From positions 338,086,001 through 338,150,000 of the forward strand of contig OZ024741.1 in NCBI GenBank assembly GCA_964016885.1: DNA of 64,000 bases, written 5' to 3'. Under the pieces are notes generated by a model. That model searched no databases. It worked only from the letters and a program-made list of their open reading frames with translations, and was not told the DNA's origin. How positions within the stretch are numbered: the stretch's first letter is position 1; each line of letters starts with the position of its first letter. Both the position numbers and the translations under genes were made by a program. The stretch comes from Eledone cirrhosa. Lineage: Eukaryota. Shown in pieces: positions 1 through 25,456 of the stretch.

Positions 1-330
1 TCAACAGTTTACTGGGTGGATTTTATCGCGGCACCAGTACAATGGGCGTTGTCACGTCGTTGACACTGCTAAAAGGGTCTCTCAACGCCTTCTTTGACAA
101 GCTTTTTTAAATTTGTGTCAGAATATTATCAGAATATTAAATATTATATTATCAATCTGTGATATATTGCTTGTATATGACATATTTATCACATATTACT
201 ATTATAAATCTATGACATATCTATCACATACCACTATCATACATTTATAACATATACATATTACATATTACTATCATAAATTTATCACAAATGTTAAATC
301 AATGACATTTTGCATAACACTGTAACTTAC

Positions 331-12061
<11,731 letters not shown>

Positions 12062-12156
12062 TGTTGTTTGGGTAATAAATTAGTTTTTAGTGGAGAGGCA
12101 GAGAGTAAATGTCTTCAAATCAACAGAAATGTGTTTTCAAAACTCAAAACTGGCCT

Positions 12157-12164
12157 CTTATATA
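12157..12164 (-). promoter_or_regulatory. Candidate TATA box of the Pif-like gene
   Basis: TATATAAG on the minus strand about 100 bp upstream of the ATG; weak evidence in AT-rich DNA. Confidence 0.35.
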
Positions 12165-12856
12165 CAATATTGCTAAATTATTTCAGGAAGTCAAAATGTC
12201 ACATGTTGTCACAACGTGCTTGTAATTATTCATATGTGTGTGTGTTTGTATGTGTGTGTGTGTGGGGGGGGGGGGGGGGGTATGTGTGTGGGTGAACGTT
12301 CGATGTTTCTGTATGTGTATATATTTGCCCGTGTGCATACATCTAAGTTTGGATGTGGGTGTATGTGTGTGGGTGTGGATTGAGCCTCAGATGTTTCTGT
12401 GTGTGTATATGTTTGTTACTGTGCATATATTTAGGCGTACCTGTACGCCCATTTATTTTGGAACACCTATGTTCTTCATGTAGGTGTGTGTGAATCTTCT
12501 ATCCAATTACACATAGACATACACACGTATATACATATGTATGTATGTAATTATTTCGTTAGTTTCCTAAAGTTTACAGTTACAGGAAGTATTTCAGTAA
12601 AACAAGCTACCTGTAATTTGTAATGCTAATTCTCACATGTTGATATAGCAATTGGGATCTTTCATTTCTTCTTTTCTAATACTTTTCTCACCGATTGTAA
12701 TTTAATTATTCAAAATCGAAAAAGAAAAAAAGAATATTGCTAAAAATAACAACAATACTTTTTCCTTTTTTTTTTTTGTAAGAGTGTGGAATGGAAGTGG
12801 AAGAGTGGCGATGTGTTTTCGTTAAATGGGATGGGTTCACAGAATTACTATATATA

Positions 12857-13227
12857 CTAGCAGAAAAACCACTCTTCGGGTGGTTTTTCTGCTAGCATGT
12901 GTAGTATGTATATTGATATTATACGCAAGTATATATACATGTAGATATGATACATCAAATAAAATCGTAATTGACAATATAAACAGAAATTAAACGAAGA
13001 CGTTGTTACACTGTCTCAGTAACGTAATCCATGAAGTGCAACTTTGAAAAGAAGTCAATTTTAAATTATTTATTTTTACGAAATTATTTTTGTTTACGAA
13101 ATTTAGTAGATATATTATGTAATATTCATTCATTATTTATTCAAAGTAATCCAACTTATTTTACTAACGGTATAAAAAAAAATAAACCGTACGCAGTCCC
13201 GCAGACGTTCCTTTATTATAGTTTAGA
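12857..13227 (-). mobile_element. Short non-autonomous Helitron-like element
   Basis: Minus strand begins A|TCTAAACTATAATAAAG and ends with a hairpin plus CTAG|T. Confidence 0.5.
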
Positions 13228-13416
13228 TATACATGGTATCCCCAAAAAATCTATACACACTTCAGCAGGATTCTAATAAATATTGCCTGTACAGGCGCTC
13301 AAAGTGTGTAAACAATTTTGGGGGACACTCTTATATATATATACATCTCCAGGCGTGAACCTAATATAACTGTGTACTTTTGCATTCCTGCGTTTGTTTT
13401 GTTTTGATTCATCTGT

Positions 13417-13551
<135 letters not shown>

Positions 13552-13595
13552 CACATAAAAAAGAGAATCCGTGTTGCGACGAATGGAATTTTTTG

Positions 13596-13691
13596 GACAT
13601 ATTACAATCGTTTCTCTGGCGACCAGCTCGAGGAACGATCGATGTGATGATCGAACCTGACTCTGAAAATCGCAAGGTCCTCAGATACGTC
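13596..13691 (-). ncRNA. Type I HHR candidate with long stem II
   Basis: GACGTAT-CTGAGGA-(63-nt stem II domain, CTTGCGATT/GGTCGCCAG)-GAAA-CGATTG-TA-ATATGTC; island between (TA)n tracts. Confidence 0.5.
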
Positions 13692-13768
13692 TTGATTCTA
13701 CGAAGCAGATCTGTTCTATGAGAGCTCATACGGCCTACGGCATACGGACGCTTTAAGCATCCAACACC

Positions 13769-13812
<44 letters not shown>

Positions 13813-13896
13813 CAAAGGAAATGTGGTAAGGAACCAGATGGACCATAACGCACCAGAGTACTCAATACTTAGGGTAGTAGAGTGGGAAATAGGAAA

Positions 13897-14004
13897 AAGT
13901 ATGACCCCTACGGCAGAGCTCAAGCCGTTTCGACGGCTATTTCTGGACTAAATTAGAATTTTTAGCCTGGTAAATAAATAGCCGAACTTGTCAAGGGGGT
14001 ACTT
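13897..14004 (-). ncRNA. Type I HHR, U3-A8 core variant (GUA site)
   Basis: Reverse complement of the 14147-14256 motif, with GUA instead of GUC. Confidence 0.75.
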
Positions 14005-14146
14005 CCTTATATGGGAAGATTGTAGTTGTCAAGAGGATTGGTTAAAATTTGTTGTAAACACAAATAAGTCTATCATGGCATTTGGTGGGAGGTAGGGGTG
14101 GCTGAACTTGCCTGTAGAACAATAGGGGACAATCTTCCCATATAAG

Positions 14147-14256
14147 GAAGTACCCCCTTGACAAGTTCGGCTATTTATTTACCAGGCTAAAAATTCTAAT
14201 TTAGTCCAGAAATAGCCGTCGAAACGGCTTGAGCTCTGCCGTCGGGGTCATACTTT
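14147..14256 (+). ncRNA. Type I HHR, U3-A8 core variant (GUC site)
   Basis: CCCC-TTGACAA-G..CGGCTATTT..AAATAGCCG.C-GAAA-CGGC ttgagctct GCCG-TC-GGGG. Confidence 0.75.
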
Positions 14257-14384
14257 TTCCTATATATATATATATATATATATATGTAAAAGTTCTATTT
14301 AAATTGTTGGGATACAACAAGCAAATATTTTTATAACTGATATAAAGCACTCAACAAATAATTGGAGTAAAAATACGATATTAA

Positions 14385-15720
14385 AAATGGAAACTATATT
14401 TATAAAACCATATTTATTTCATTATACATATTTCAAGGACTCCAAGTTAAATTATGGTGTGCTTTCATCAGATAAAATATAATATAGAGCAGTTTTATAA
14501 ATAAATATTGACATACCCTTAAAGAATGCAACCATTACTGTTGGAAGCTCCCGGATAGTGGGGTTATAACTTTATTTATACTATTATGTAAATTAGTATT
14601 GGATATTTTTTAATAAGCCGTTGGGTTACGGAGAAAGAGAGAGAGAGAGAAGAACAAGAGAGAGAAAAAAGAAAAAAGAGAGAGAGAAAAGAAGAAGAGA
14701 AGAGCGAGCGAAAACTCTAAGTGATAGGTTGTTGAGTTATCTTAACATTTGAGATGAAGTGAAGGAATAAATAAATATTTATTTTTTATGGATGAATAGA
14801 GAAATGTAAATAATCGTGAATGGAAGATACATATATAATATGAGAATTTTACCCTTGTTTAAATATGATTAAATGTTTAGTTTATCATTTAAATTATTGA
14901 GATCTATACATTAAAAATTGAGATCTATATATTAAGAAATCTATATATTATTATTAAGACTATATACTATTAAAAACCATATATTATTAAAAGAATATAT
15001 TCATATATATACACACGCACACACAGATATACATAGATATAAATATATATATGTATATGTATTTATACGTGTATATATATTTATATCTATGTATATCTGT
15101 GTGTGCGTGTGTATATATATGAATATATTATTTTAATATTATATGGTTTTTTTAATAGTATATAGTCTTAATAATAATATATAGATTTCTTAATATATAG
15201 ATCTCAATTTTTAATGTATAGATCTCAATAATTTAAATGATAAACTAAACATTTAATCATATTTAAACAAGGGTAAAATTTTCATATTATATATGTATCT
15301 TCCATTCACGATTATTTACATTTCTCTATTCATCCATAAAAAATAAATATTTATTTATTCCTTCACTTCATCTCAAATGTTAAGATAACTCAACAACCTA
15401 TCACTTAGAGTTTTCGCTCGCTCTTCTCTTCTTCTTTTCTCTCTCTCTTTTTTCTTTTTTCTCTCTCTCTCTCTCTTTCTCCGTAACCCAACGGCTTATT
15501 TTAAAATATCCAATACTAATTTACATAATAGTATAAATAAAGTTATAACTCAAGTATCCGGGAGCTTCCAACAGTAATGGTTGCATTCTTTAAGGGTATG
15601 TCAATATTTATTTATAAAACTGCTCTATATTATATTTTATCTGATGAAAGCATACCATAATTTAACTTGGTGTCCTTGAAATAAATATGGTTTTATAATA
15701 TAGTTTCCATTTGTTAATAT
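14385..15720. repeat. About 1.3-kb palindrome of inverted pLTR-like arms
   Basis: 14385-15050 is nearly the reverse complement of 15070-15720; outer ends resemble the pLTR at 55800-55900. Confidence 0.9.
14416..14478 (-). ncRNA. Minimal type I HHR (C.C stem II group)
   Basis: ATTTTAT-CTGATGA-AAG C ACACCA..TGGAGT C CTT-GAAA-TATGTA-TA-ATGAAAT; the partner at about 15634-15680 has lost its cleavage site. Confidence 0.7.
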
Positions 15721-16550
15721 CGTATATATATATATATATATATATGCCCACATATATATAATCTGGTCGGTAGTATATATGTTTTGTTTTTGTTTTTTGT
15801 TTGTTTTTTGTTTGTTTAAGAACAAGGTACCCCCCCCCCCCACCCCCACCCCATGCTTTAATTGAATTGAACATGGATTTTTGTCATTTTCGATTTGTAT
15901 AATTATTCTGTCATACATAACACATTCATGTATTGTTCTCGTTAATTTTCTTTCTTTCTTCCTTTCTTTTCTTCTTTCTTTTTTTCTTTCTTTCCCTTTT
16001 TCCTTCTTTCCTTCTTTCTTGCTTGCTTGCTTTCTTTCTTTTCTTGTACATATGTTTACACATACATATGTACATACACAAAGACAGACTCACACATACA
16101 GTGATAAGAGCATTGCAATCGCTTGACAGATTACAGAAGATGGTGCACCTTTAGGCTACAGCCAGCCACACGAACCTGTAACATATCCTGAACAAGCAAT
16201 GCCTGTGCTTTTTAAGTTGTGGAAGGCCTTGCACTCGACCAATCCCACTCTTTGATTATCGAAAACACTACCCGAAAAGGAAAACTGGTCAACATCATTG
16301 GATGTTTCCGAAGCCACAGGTTTTTTTTTTTCAGAGTTTCCCTCTCTTAGAAAAGTGTTGTGACAACTGGGGGCCTTTCACTCCCAGGTGAAAAAGAAAA
16401 GGTACTATTTGGATGGCCGTTGGCTCGGCTGTGTTCCTCTGCCCTTTGCTGGTCTTGTATTTCATCCTGCAGGGTGTCCAAATAGCTTGTTTGGTGGGGT
16501 TGCCGGTTTATTCGCCGATGACCCGACCAGTAGCACTCGAGAGTAACCTG

Positions 16551-17055
16551 ACATACATACATACATACATACATACATACATACATACATACATACATAC
16601 ATACATACATACATACATACATACATACATACATACATACATACATGAGGATTGCAGCGTCTTTACAGACGATTGCCGTCTCTTATTGATTCTTCGTTAT
16701 CATCCCATCCGCGACCATGACTTCGTAGATATCTTTGTAAACCAGCTGTAGATCTGCACGGTTTACGGCACAGGCGACAGAAGAGAGTTGTGCTTTCCAC
16801 AGGACCGGTGGTGTTACCCTGTGGGAGACAATCTTTATGTACCACTATGTGTCCTTTTACTCCGGAACTAGTTCTACACACTTTGTTGCATATCGCGCAC
16901 GTTGTTTCACCAGGTCTTTGTTGAGTGGTGTTGAAGGTGGTTATCCTTTCATGTGACTTCTGGTGATTAACATAACCCACCTTTAAGAGGAGTACACGCT
17001 GACAGAAATTGCATGTCCAACTACTGATGACTTCATTAAGACTATGAGCTAACAC
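16551..17055 (-). mobile_element. 3' end of an RTE-like LINE: three C2H2-like Zn fingers and an (ATGT)n tail
   Basis: CNFC..NHQKSH, CAICNKVC..GHIVVH, CRLCRKPCRSTAGLQRYLRSH; stop codon then (ATGT)n at 16551-16646. Confidence 0.65.
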
Positions 17056-17168
17056 TTCAGTTGTACATTTTTTCGGGGTGTGTACAACCTAATAACACTA
17101 ATTGTTTTTGTATCTTTGTGTTTGTCATTTTTTATTACATATATGGACATCTTTTATATGTATATCTC

Positions 17169-17209
<41 letters not shown>

Positions 17210-17296
17210 ACTAGAAATTGATTTACCTATATATATAGCTAAAATAAACACATGAAACAATCACGTTTCTTATACATGACACCCTTAATTTAATTT

Positions 17297-17338
<42 letters not shown>

Positions 17339-17754
17339 AATATAAATTAGCGAGAATCGTATTTCAGCACAGGAATTAACGAAAATCAACATCCGATATG
17401 TGTGGCAAGCGCTCGATGATTCATGTGAATCAGAGCTACAACATACGTTAAGGGCCAAACACACTGAGATGATGGTTAAACATATCATCCGCACAGCCAA
17501 AACAAACGACCAAGTAATTCGGGTCAAACAATAAAAATATATGTGTTGATATTTTCCCGGACCCTGGACTGATGGTAAAATCCAGTATTGGTTTCTACGA
17601 CTCCAAAATCAGGTACTGTCCGCCTCCATAAAGAATGTCTGGCTTCAGGTAAGATGATGAACAAGGAAGTCGTGTTATCAACGGGTTTTGTTCTAGGATG
17701 CTATAGATAAGTGTGTCTATTACTGACCCCACGTGGAGTTCAGATATATGTATG

Positions 17755-17917
<163 letters not shown>

Positions 17918-17979
17918 AGTTTCAGGAGATCCCTATAAGGGTGAAAGCAGCGATTCTTTGCTTAAACTTTAATCTGTTA

Positions 17980-18053
<74 letters not shown>

Positions 18054-18136
18054 AAAGGTAAGCAGAAATAACAACACAATCGGTACAGTATATGGAAGGA
18101 ATATATTAGGTTAACGCTTGAAATAACAGGAAGAGG

Positions 18137-18172
18137 GTTTTAACGTTTCGGACACTAGTCCTTCATCAGAAG
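18137..18172 (-). ncRNA. Minimal HHR candidate
   Basis: CTGATGA-A-GGAC tagt GTCC-GAAA-CG-TTA; stem I is weak. Confidence 0.5.
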
Positions 18173-18551
18173 AAAGAATGCGAAATTAGATAGATTGAAG
18201 GGACGGGTGGGGAAAAATGTCTTTAGATAACAGGTCCGTCCATGTGGTCAAGTAAAAGCTAGGCTGGAAGGTGAGCTATTTCTAGCGCTCCTTCTTACTT
18301 GCCGACTGTCCATCATTTACCACTTTTCGTATCGACTGCCTTTCACGTAATATCTTTCCCTTTTGAAAAACCATACGTAGTGATCGCTTCATGATACCTC
18401 TTGTTGAGGTAGGTCCCCTGAGGAGCCATCGTTCTCTCAATTTTCTATATCCTAACTTAGAATATTTTATGCCGACCTTATACGGCAAAACCGTAGTAAG
18501 TAGGTCAACATTTTATCTTGCTTGCTTTTCCCACTTATGAATTTATATATC

Positions 18552-18584
<33 letters not shown>

Positions 18585-19479
18585 TTGCTCATAAGTATAT
18601 GTAGGTGTTTGTCCGGATTAACTATATTTTCCTTTCCAACCTGTCTATCACGATTTCTCTTGGAAACCACTGGATTGCTTGCCTGCTTTCTCGTTTAACC
18701 TGCTTTGGAACTTTAATATGAGTGTCATGTAACCTAAACCGATTCATGGCAACATATGACAGATTTCAATGCAATTTCATTTTCTGTTTTTGAAGCTATT
18801 GTTTTCTTGTTTTGTTTTGTTTCTTTGCTTTTTGTTTTTTCTGTTTTCGAATTAAAGATATGGAATTCTTGTACATTATCGAGAAAAATACGTATTGTTG
18901 TTCATATAATTTACGTCTTACTGAATTATTTATTAATAATTTCTGATTAATTTCTTGTCTCATTGAAGTCATCCGACACTAAATCTTTGTGGTCATTCAA
19001 CCTACTAGAAATAGCTGTCAACTTTCCCAGGCATCTTTAAAAAGCAAAGGCTCATATAAGAATCGGTATACAAAAGTATGCGATGGTGATGCCTAGAGGA
19101 CTGCCCTCAAAACAAAACATGAACAACAAATTGTTTTTAATTAGATATAAATAATATTTTTAATTGGATATAAGTAATATCATATTTTTAATTAGATATG
19201 ATATTATATTTTTAGTTAGATAAAACATTTTTAATTAGATATAGTATTTTCAATTAGATAGATATAATATTTTAATTAAATATAAATAATATTTTTAATT
19301 AGATATAGTATTATATTTTTAATTAGATATAATATATTTCCTGGTCTTGCAAAAAGAATGGTTTCAATATTATGACAGAATCAGTAACTTAATGAATGCG
19401 ATATAATCAATTTTATTTATCTCCAGACGGACAGATTTTGTAGAGCATCAGATAAAATTTATTCTGACTCTTTACCTTC

Positions 19480-19620
19480 TCAGTTCAGATCTCGCTGAAG
19501 TTAACTTTGCCTTTCATCCTTCTGGGATCGATAAAATAAAGTACCAGGCAAATACCGTGGTTGATTTAATCAATTTTGCCCTTCCGCAAAAGTTTTCTGG
19601 CCTTGTGTCTAAGTCAGAAA
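19480..19620 (+). mobile_element. SINE fragment of the same family
   Basis: GTTAACTTTGCCTTTCATCCTTCTGGGATCGATAAAATAAAGTACCAG..GGCCTTGTG. Confidence 0.75.
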
Positions 19621-19649
19621 TCAATTTAATTGATCACTATACTAAAAGT

Positions 19650-19914
19650 CTAAAGTCTGTCTCAAGTGGGAGGTTCATCAGTCTGATGCTTATCTCGGTT
19701 TCCCTGGCATGAAGCGACTGAGAGTACAAGACTTTCCCCGGGGCAGGACACCAATTCATCACAAGTTTAAACCCCCAGCTACTGCTGGTACTCATCTTCA
19801 GCTGAGTATACTGAAGTAATGTGAAATGAAGTGTTTTGCTCGAATACTCTACAAATCGACCCACGATATTATGGTCGCAAGCCCAACATTCATACCACCA
19901 GGCTACGTGCCTCC
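19650..19914 (-). mobile_element. Second tRNA-derived SINE family
   Basis: Head GGAGGCACGTAGCCTGGTGG (A-box-like), body TGAGTACCAGCAGTAGCTGGGGG, tail CTTCATGCCAGGGAAACCGAGATAAGC. Confidence 0.5.
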
Positions 19915-20587
19915 ACTCTGTACTAAGCTAATATACATTTTATTGGCAAATGGAAGAGGATAAAAGATAAAGTTGACTCTGTCAGGATTTGAACTGAGGA
20001 GGTGAAAAAAATAAGTTTAAGTAAATCCTAGACGTTCTACTGATCGTCAGATCAATCTACCTATGAGGCTTGCAACAGTAAATAGTTCAATAACGAACAC
20101 AGTCCATCATTTGGGATTCCATACAGTTCCCGCCTACGTAATTTCACTCACAAAGTTTTGGTTGATCAAGGCTATGGTAAATGACACTTCCCCAAGATGT
20201 CCTGCAGATGGGTCAAAATAGAAGACAAACAACAGTATCATCAAGTACTTACTTTGTACCTGTATTTGTGACGGCCTTCGCCCGGGGTGGGTTGGGCCGG
20301 CTTCGTCGAAGGAATTCACGGTGTAACTTCATTCCAATGGAATTTTTTCGGGCGATTGGTTTCAAAAGCGGTGCCCAGCCGCAAATATATGCACTTTAGA
20401 ATAGTGCATTGCATCGGTTATAGCGCCGAGCACTCAGTTTCACACAAAACCCAATTTGATGGAGCCAGTGCTGGCATAACTACACCTATGATTGTATCAT
20501 GATGAAGTCACATGCATAACCACGTAACAGAAATATATATCATGCAATAAGCCAATTATGGTGAAGTAACCCCGTCTTACCTACTTC

Positions 20588-20646
<59 letters not shown>

Positions 20647-20889
20647 CAGGATAGAACCAATTTAAAACTAGTTCGACCATTACTCAATGGAGTACTCGAG
20701 ACTTGGAGTTGTAGAATAAGGTGATATTATAAAGAGCCAGAACCCGACGGCTGAGCTCTTGCCGTTTCAACAGATAGTCCCAGAACTAACTGTTGAAACG
20801 GCAAGAGCTCAGCCGTCGGGTCCCGACTCTTTATATATATATATATATATATGCTGTGCACAACATTTTCCATTAAATGGAGTATATTA

Positions 20890-22150
20890 GAATACTCTCA
20901 CGATTTCTCGAATACCTGTCCCAGTGTGAATATTTGGTCGGCTGTACTGCGTCCGGAGCGAAAACCACATTGTGCATCAGTTAGCTTGGACTCAACAATC
21001 TCTCTGAATCTTTTTGCCAAACACTTAGCATAGGCTTTACCGGGGAGGCTTAACAAGGAGATCCCTCTGTAATTAGAACAATCTCTCTTGTCTCCCTTTT
21101 TGAAAATTGGGATTATCACTCCCGATTGCCATTGCTTAGGTGCCCTTCCAGAGATCCGGGCCATCCAGCACACACAAGTCAGTCAGAGAATACCTTCTCT
21201 ATCTCGGGCTGGATTTCATCTTCCACTGCGGCTTTGCCACATTTCAGATCTTTGATGTCTCTTGCGACCTCGGCCTCTGAAAGATTAGTCACCGCTCTCA
21301 GATGCACCTCATGTACATCCGAAGATGCTGCTGTGATCAGGTTTAGGAGATCAGCAAAGTATTCTCTCCCCCTCGTGAGGATGCACATCTCTGAAGAGAG
21401 GAGAAGCCTTACACGTTCTTTATAGCAGGTGTGGAGGAGGTCTTCTTATTACGAAGTTGGCGGATGGTCTACCAGAACACTTTATTTGCTGATCTGAAGT
21501 CGGATTCCAGCTTAACCCAAAAGTCCATGTCTTAACTTTGGACACTTTTACTGTCACTGCTGTGATTTTTCGTGCCTGCTTGTACCGCAAGTGTGGTGCC
21601 GGATGGCAGGAAGATCTCTTGGTTCAATTAAGTGGTCAAAGATTCCATCTGAGCAAAGAAAGAGGCTTAGAAAGCTTGGAAATAAGTCCTCCTTCTTGCA
21701 CTTGGGGTACAAGCAGGATGGCCTTTATGATCTCTTGATTGAACCAAGGAGTCTTCCTGCCATTTGGCGCCACCCCAAACCTCTTTTGCCCCTAGCATTT
21801 AACAGCTGAAGCAGAAACCACTGTACTGAACAATCTCCACTCCGTCTCAACGTCCTCAGTTTGTTCAGGGAGTCCTCTGAATTTTGATGCAATAGATGTC
21901 CTGTCTTTCTCATCCACCAACGCTTCCTACTTTATCCTCTAGGTTGCTCTGGACCTGCCAGTTTTGTGGGCTTCTTTGGCTTTTGGTAGTCTCAAGTTGC
22001 AGATAACTAGATGGTGATCAGATGACAGCTCAGCCTCTCTCTTAACACGTACATCCAGTATAGAATCAAAGAGATCAGAGACTATTACAAAATCAATTAT
22101 AGATTTCTGTCCCTGATTCCCCTTATACCATGTATAATTATGGATGGCAC
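20890..22150 (-). pseudogene. RTE-clade LINE: APE C-terminal half and RT N-terminal part, degenerate
   Basis: YTWY..KSIIDFVIVS..DVRVKREAELSSDHHLV; WQSGVIIPIFKKGDKRDCSNYRGISLLSLPGK; QCGFRSGRSTADQIFTL. Confidence 0.9.
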
Positions 22151-22169
22151 TGTGCTGTTTATGGTTGTC

Positions 22170-23155
22170 TCGGCAGAACTGTTCTGCTAGAGAACGGGTC
22201 GCAGGTGGTGGATAGCGATGCGACCACCAGATAAGATGGCTAGTTGCGACATAAGCGGGCAACTGCCGGACAAATAAGCAACCCCGGTAAACTACTAGAG
22301 GAGATGGAGGAATGGGTGACACCGGTGAATCTCAAGGAAAATCTCACAACCTAGTGATTTAGCTACGATGAGGCGAGTAAATGCCGCCTCTAAATATGCC
22401 TAGTCTTCGCGGGTTTGACAATGTACCATATTGGTGACTGGCGCGAATAAGACCACCGGAATATGGCGAGGAAAATAAAGAAAAACCATACTGCACCGTC
22501 CTTCGCGCAGGTTAACAAGGGGCGCGTCCAGGCCTTAGGCAGAGGGACCTGTTAAAAACATATATTGCAATCTCCATTTCATGCCGCAAAAACTGGCGAT
22601 GGGCCTGTGGCCTGTCCTGGGAGGCGTGAAATGGACGCACAAAGGTTGCATGTCTCGAGACCCCATAACAGTTGAAACCTGGAACATCACAACCCTTACA
22701 GTTAAGGAGCAGGAACTATTGGAGGATGCTAGATATAGTTGGGGTTTCCTCAACAAAGTTCCGTGGCTCTGACAGTGTAGATTTGAATGGAGGATGGAAA
22801 CTCCACTATTCAGGTGTGGCACCAGAAATGACTGCACAGGCGAGAGTGGGGATACTCACAAGCCCCCGGCTGTCAGAATGTGTTATGGACTGGATCCCGT
22901 CAGGAGGGAGGATACCTCTTGAAGCTTAGACTGAAAGATAGGTCTCTATGGGTGATGCAAGTTTATGCACCAACCAATGAGTCCGAATACAGGTCCTTCC
23001 TTGATGAAGCCACTGTAGCGTTAGCTGTAGTTAAGACTGAGTCATATAAACTGATGGGAGATTTCAATGCACATGTTGGCTCTGACGACCTGACATTGAA
23101 AGGAGCGATTGGAAGGAATGGCAACCCTTATCTAAATACAAACGGAGAGGCCTTT
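22170..23155 (+). pseudogene. Same RTE LINE: inverted 5' UTR and APE N-terminal half
   Basis: TWNITTL..LDIVGVSSTK..VGILTSP..VMQVYAP..MGDFNAHVG..IGRNG. Confidence 0.88.
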
Positions 23156-23406
23156 ATTACTTGTTGTCTATATTTTGTTCTCTTCTTTTCTTTTCTCTGG
23201 CTACTTTCTTACTGCAAATTGTTAATATATATTTTTTTTACCATGTTTGTAAATTGTAAATAAAATACCCATTTGCCTGTTTGCATGTTTGTTTGTTTAA
23301 TAAATTTCGATAAGTACATTAAGCAACAATCTGTAATTCATTTTCATTTTATTTTTTTATCAGCTAAAACGTGGCAAACCGTTTGTGGCAGTTTTATATT
23401 ATAAGA

Positions 23407-23498
<92 letters not shown>

Positions 23499-23564
23499 GT
23501 GAGGTTTATTTTACAAATTGAAAATTAACCGGTGTCCTACACGAGTGAAAGTATAAAGAAAAAA

Positions 23565-23716
23565 AGATGAAATCGAAAATGCAACTGGAGTCTTATTTTT
23601 AAAAAAATATATATATTTATTTGGTTAAGCAGAAGAACTGCGAAACCGGTAAAGGAACCAAATAAATATATATATTTTTTTTAAAATAAGACTCCAGTTG
23701 CATTTTCGATTTCGTC
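23565..23716. repeat. Short foldback with a half-HHR at its centre
   Basis: About 60-bp inverted arms around GCAG aagaa CTGC-GAAA-CCGG-TA. Confidence 0.65.
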
Positions 23717-23722
23717 TCTTTT

Positions 23723-23754
<32 letters not shown>

Positions 23755-23966
23755 CATATATAGTATTAGTTATACTATTTATGGTTCTGTAAACACAAAA
23801 CCTTAAGCAGTTGTAAGTATTTTACACACACCCTAAATAGTGGTAGGCAGTAATGTATTACTACCTTATTACCAGTAAGTTAAGTAGCTCAATGTAAAAA
23901 CATCAGATGATTTACAGAGCAGTTATATGAAACATAAGAATCAAAGAACTGTTCAAAACATTATTG

Positions 23967-24013
23967 TGCTTACAGCTGTTTCCTCCAAACCGAGGTTTGG
24001 ATTCTTCGGAGCA
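23967..24013 (-). ncRNA. HHR, U4C variant, 3' pLTR of PLE A
   Basis: TGCT-CCGAAGA-A TCCAAACC tc GGTTTGGA G-GAAA-CAGCTG-TA-AGCA. Confidence 0.75.
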
Positions 24014-25456
24014 ATTTATTAATGCATGGACAGTTATATGACCTCCTTTTCAGCCGAGAGACATACCAATACATATTCAAACATTGATACATATTCAAAC
24101 ATTGTGGGTCAACATTCATTACAGAATTTAGAGTGGCAGTACACACTTCGAGATTACATTTATATTAATAGGTACAATCAAAAATCAAAGATATAGGTTA
24201 AAGTACAACATGAAGATAAGTGGTTATATAGTGCAAATGTTATATGTGTGGCACGCATGTGCGTCTTGTTTATATAGTGTGGCAGAGAGATATGTGTGGT
24301 AGAGGCACTTAGGTAGGTAAATAAGAGTGTTAGGTTGGTAGATCTGGTGGCAAAGTCTTTATATGGTTGATATAGTCTGTGTGTGGAGAAATATTATAAG
24401 CATTAAAGATAGTGCAAGCATTAAAAGTGTTATAAGTATTGGAGATGCACAGCGCAGGGATGTCAAGTAATTCATGTACTTCGGTATTTTCATGGTCAAG
24501 GGAGTGTATATTTCGATTATATGCCTTTCACATAATCCACGACAATCCAGTTAGAGATCGTAGTCTGGTGTTCTTTAGTTCGATACAGGAGGTTGTTACG
24601 TTTCGAGAGACGCCATTGAATACCGGAAGTGTGTGTGTGGCTAAGGGGAGTTAATGCATGCGGGGAGGTAACTCTGGGGTTTCTATATCTAGCCATTAAA
24701 ATGTGTCTCAATATAGACCCTAAATTCTATGGTGAGGTGCACCTTCCAAGAGAGACTTTTAAAGCATAAAGTGTACTAACTATAGAGTAGTTTAACTAAA
24801 TTATGCTGAAGGTGATCATATTATTATTAGGGTGGATTAACCCATCTTAAGGTGCTACAAATGGAAATTATAGATGATGAGCGAGGATTCTAAATTAATG
24901 ATCTCTATGGTTGTAGTCTGCTCATATGACCAGGCGCGGTGATTGCAGGATTGCTTCAGGACCCAATGATCTCTGGTAAGATCTGGGTCATCGCTTGCTA
25001 CATTGGATGTCGAAAGATAATCATCCCCAGGCAGGCCAAAGGTCAATCCGCAGTCCTCGCGACCCCTCACTGACCGTCAGATCATCCATATACGTACAAC
25101 CCGCACGGCAGTTGCATTGCATTCACTCACTGCGTTCAGCAGCCTGGTCCTACTGGTCAACAGCGCTACTCGATTAAATCATTTTACATCTGTCTAAGGA
25201 AGGTGTTTCCTCTGCCCAACACCATCCAACCGATCAATTCATGCTCAAATTACCCTTAGAGCGGTGTAGTGCCGTCCAGGTGGGTGGATGTTGTCACACC
25301 TGCCGTAGAGGTATAAATGGGTATTTTCCCTGCGAAGGGTTCCAGAGGGATGTCGTTGTTTGTGTTATAATGGATCAGCTAGTGTTGGGTATGTAGTATA
25401 GGGTGTGTCTCTGGTGTTTGATGCTAGATGTGGTGTTAGGTTCCAGTCCGACATTG

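Larger units (their letters stand above)
13811..14261. mobile_element. ORF-less foldback of two inverted HHR-bearing pLTR-like arms in (TA)n
   Basis: 13889-14022 is the reverse complement of 14129-14262; relatives at 20644-20831, 53765-53860, 62101-62290. Confidence 0.8.

Noticed and set aside
16663-17055. Host C2H2 zinc-finger gene
   Set aside because: No TGEKP linkers, one His lost, and directly followed by a tandem-repeat tail typical of a LINE 3' end
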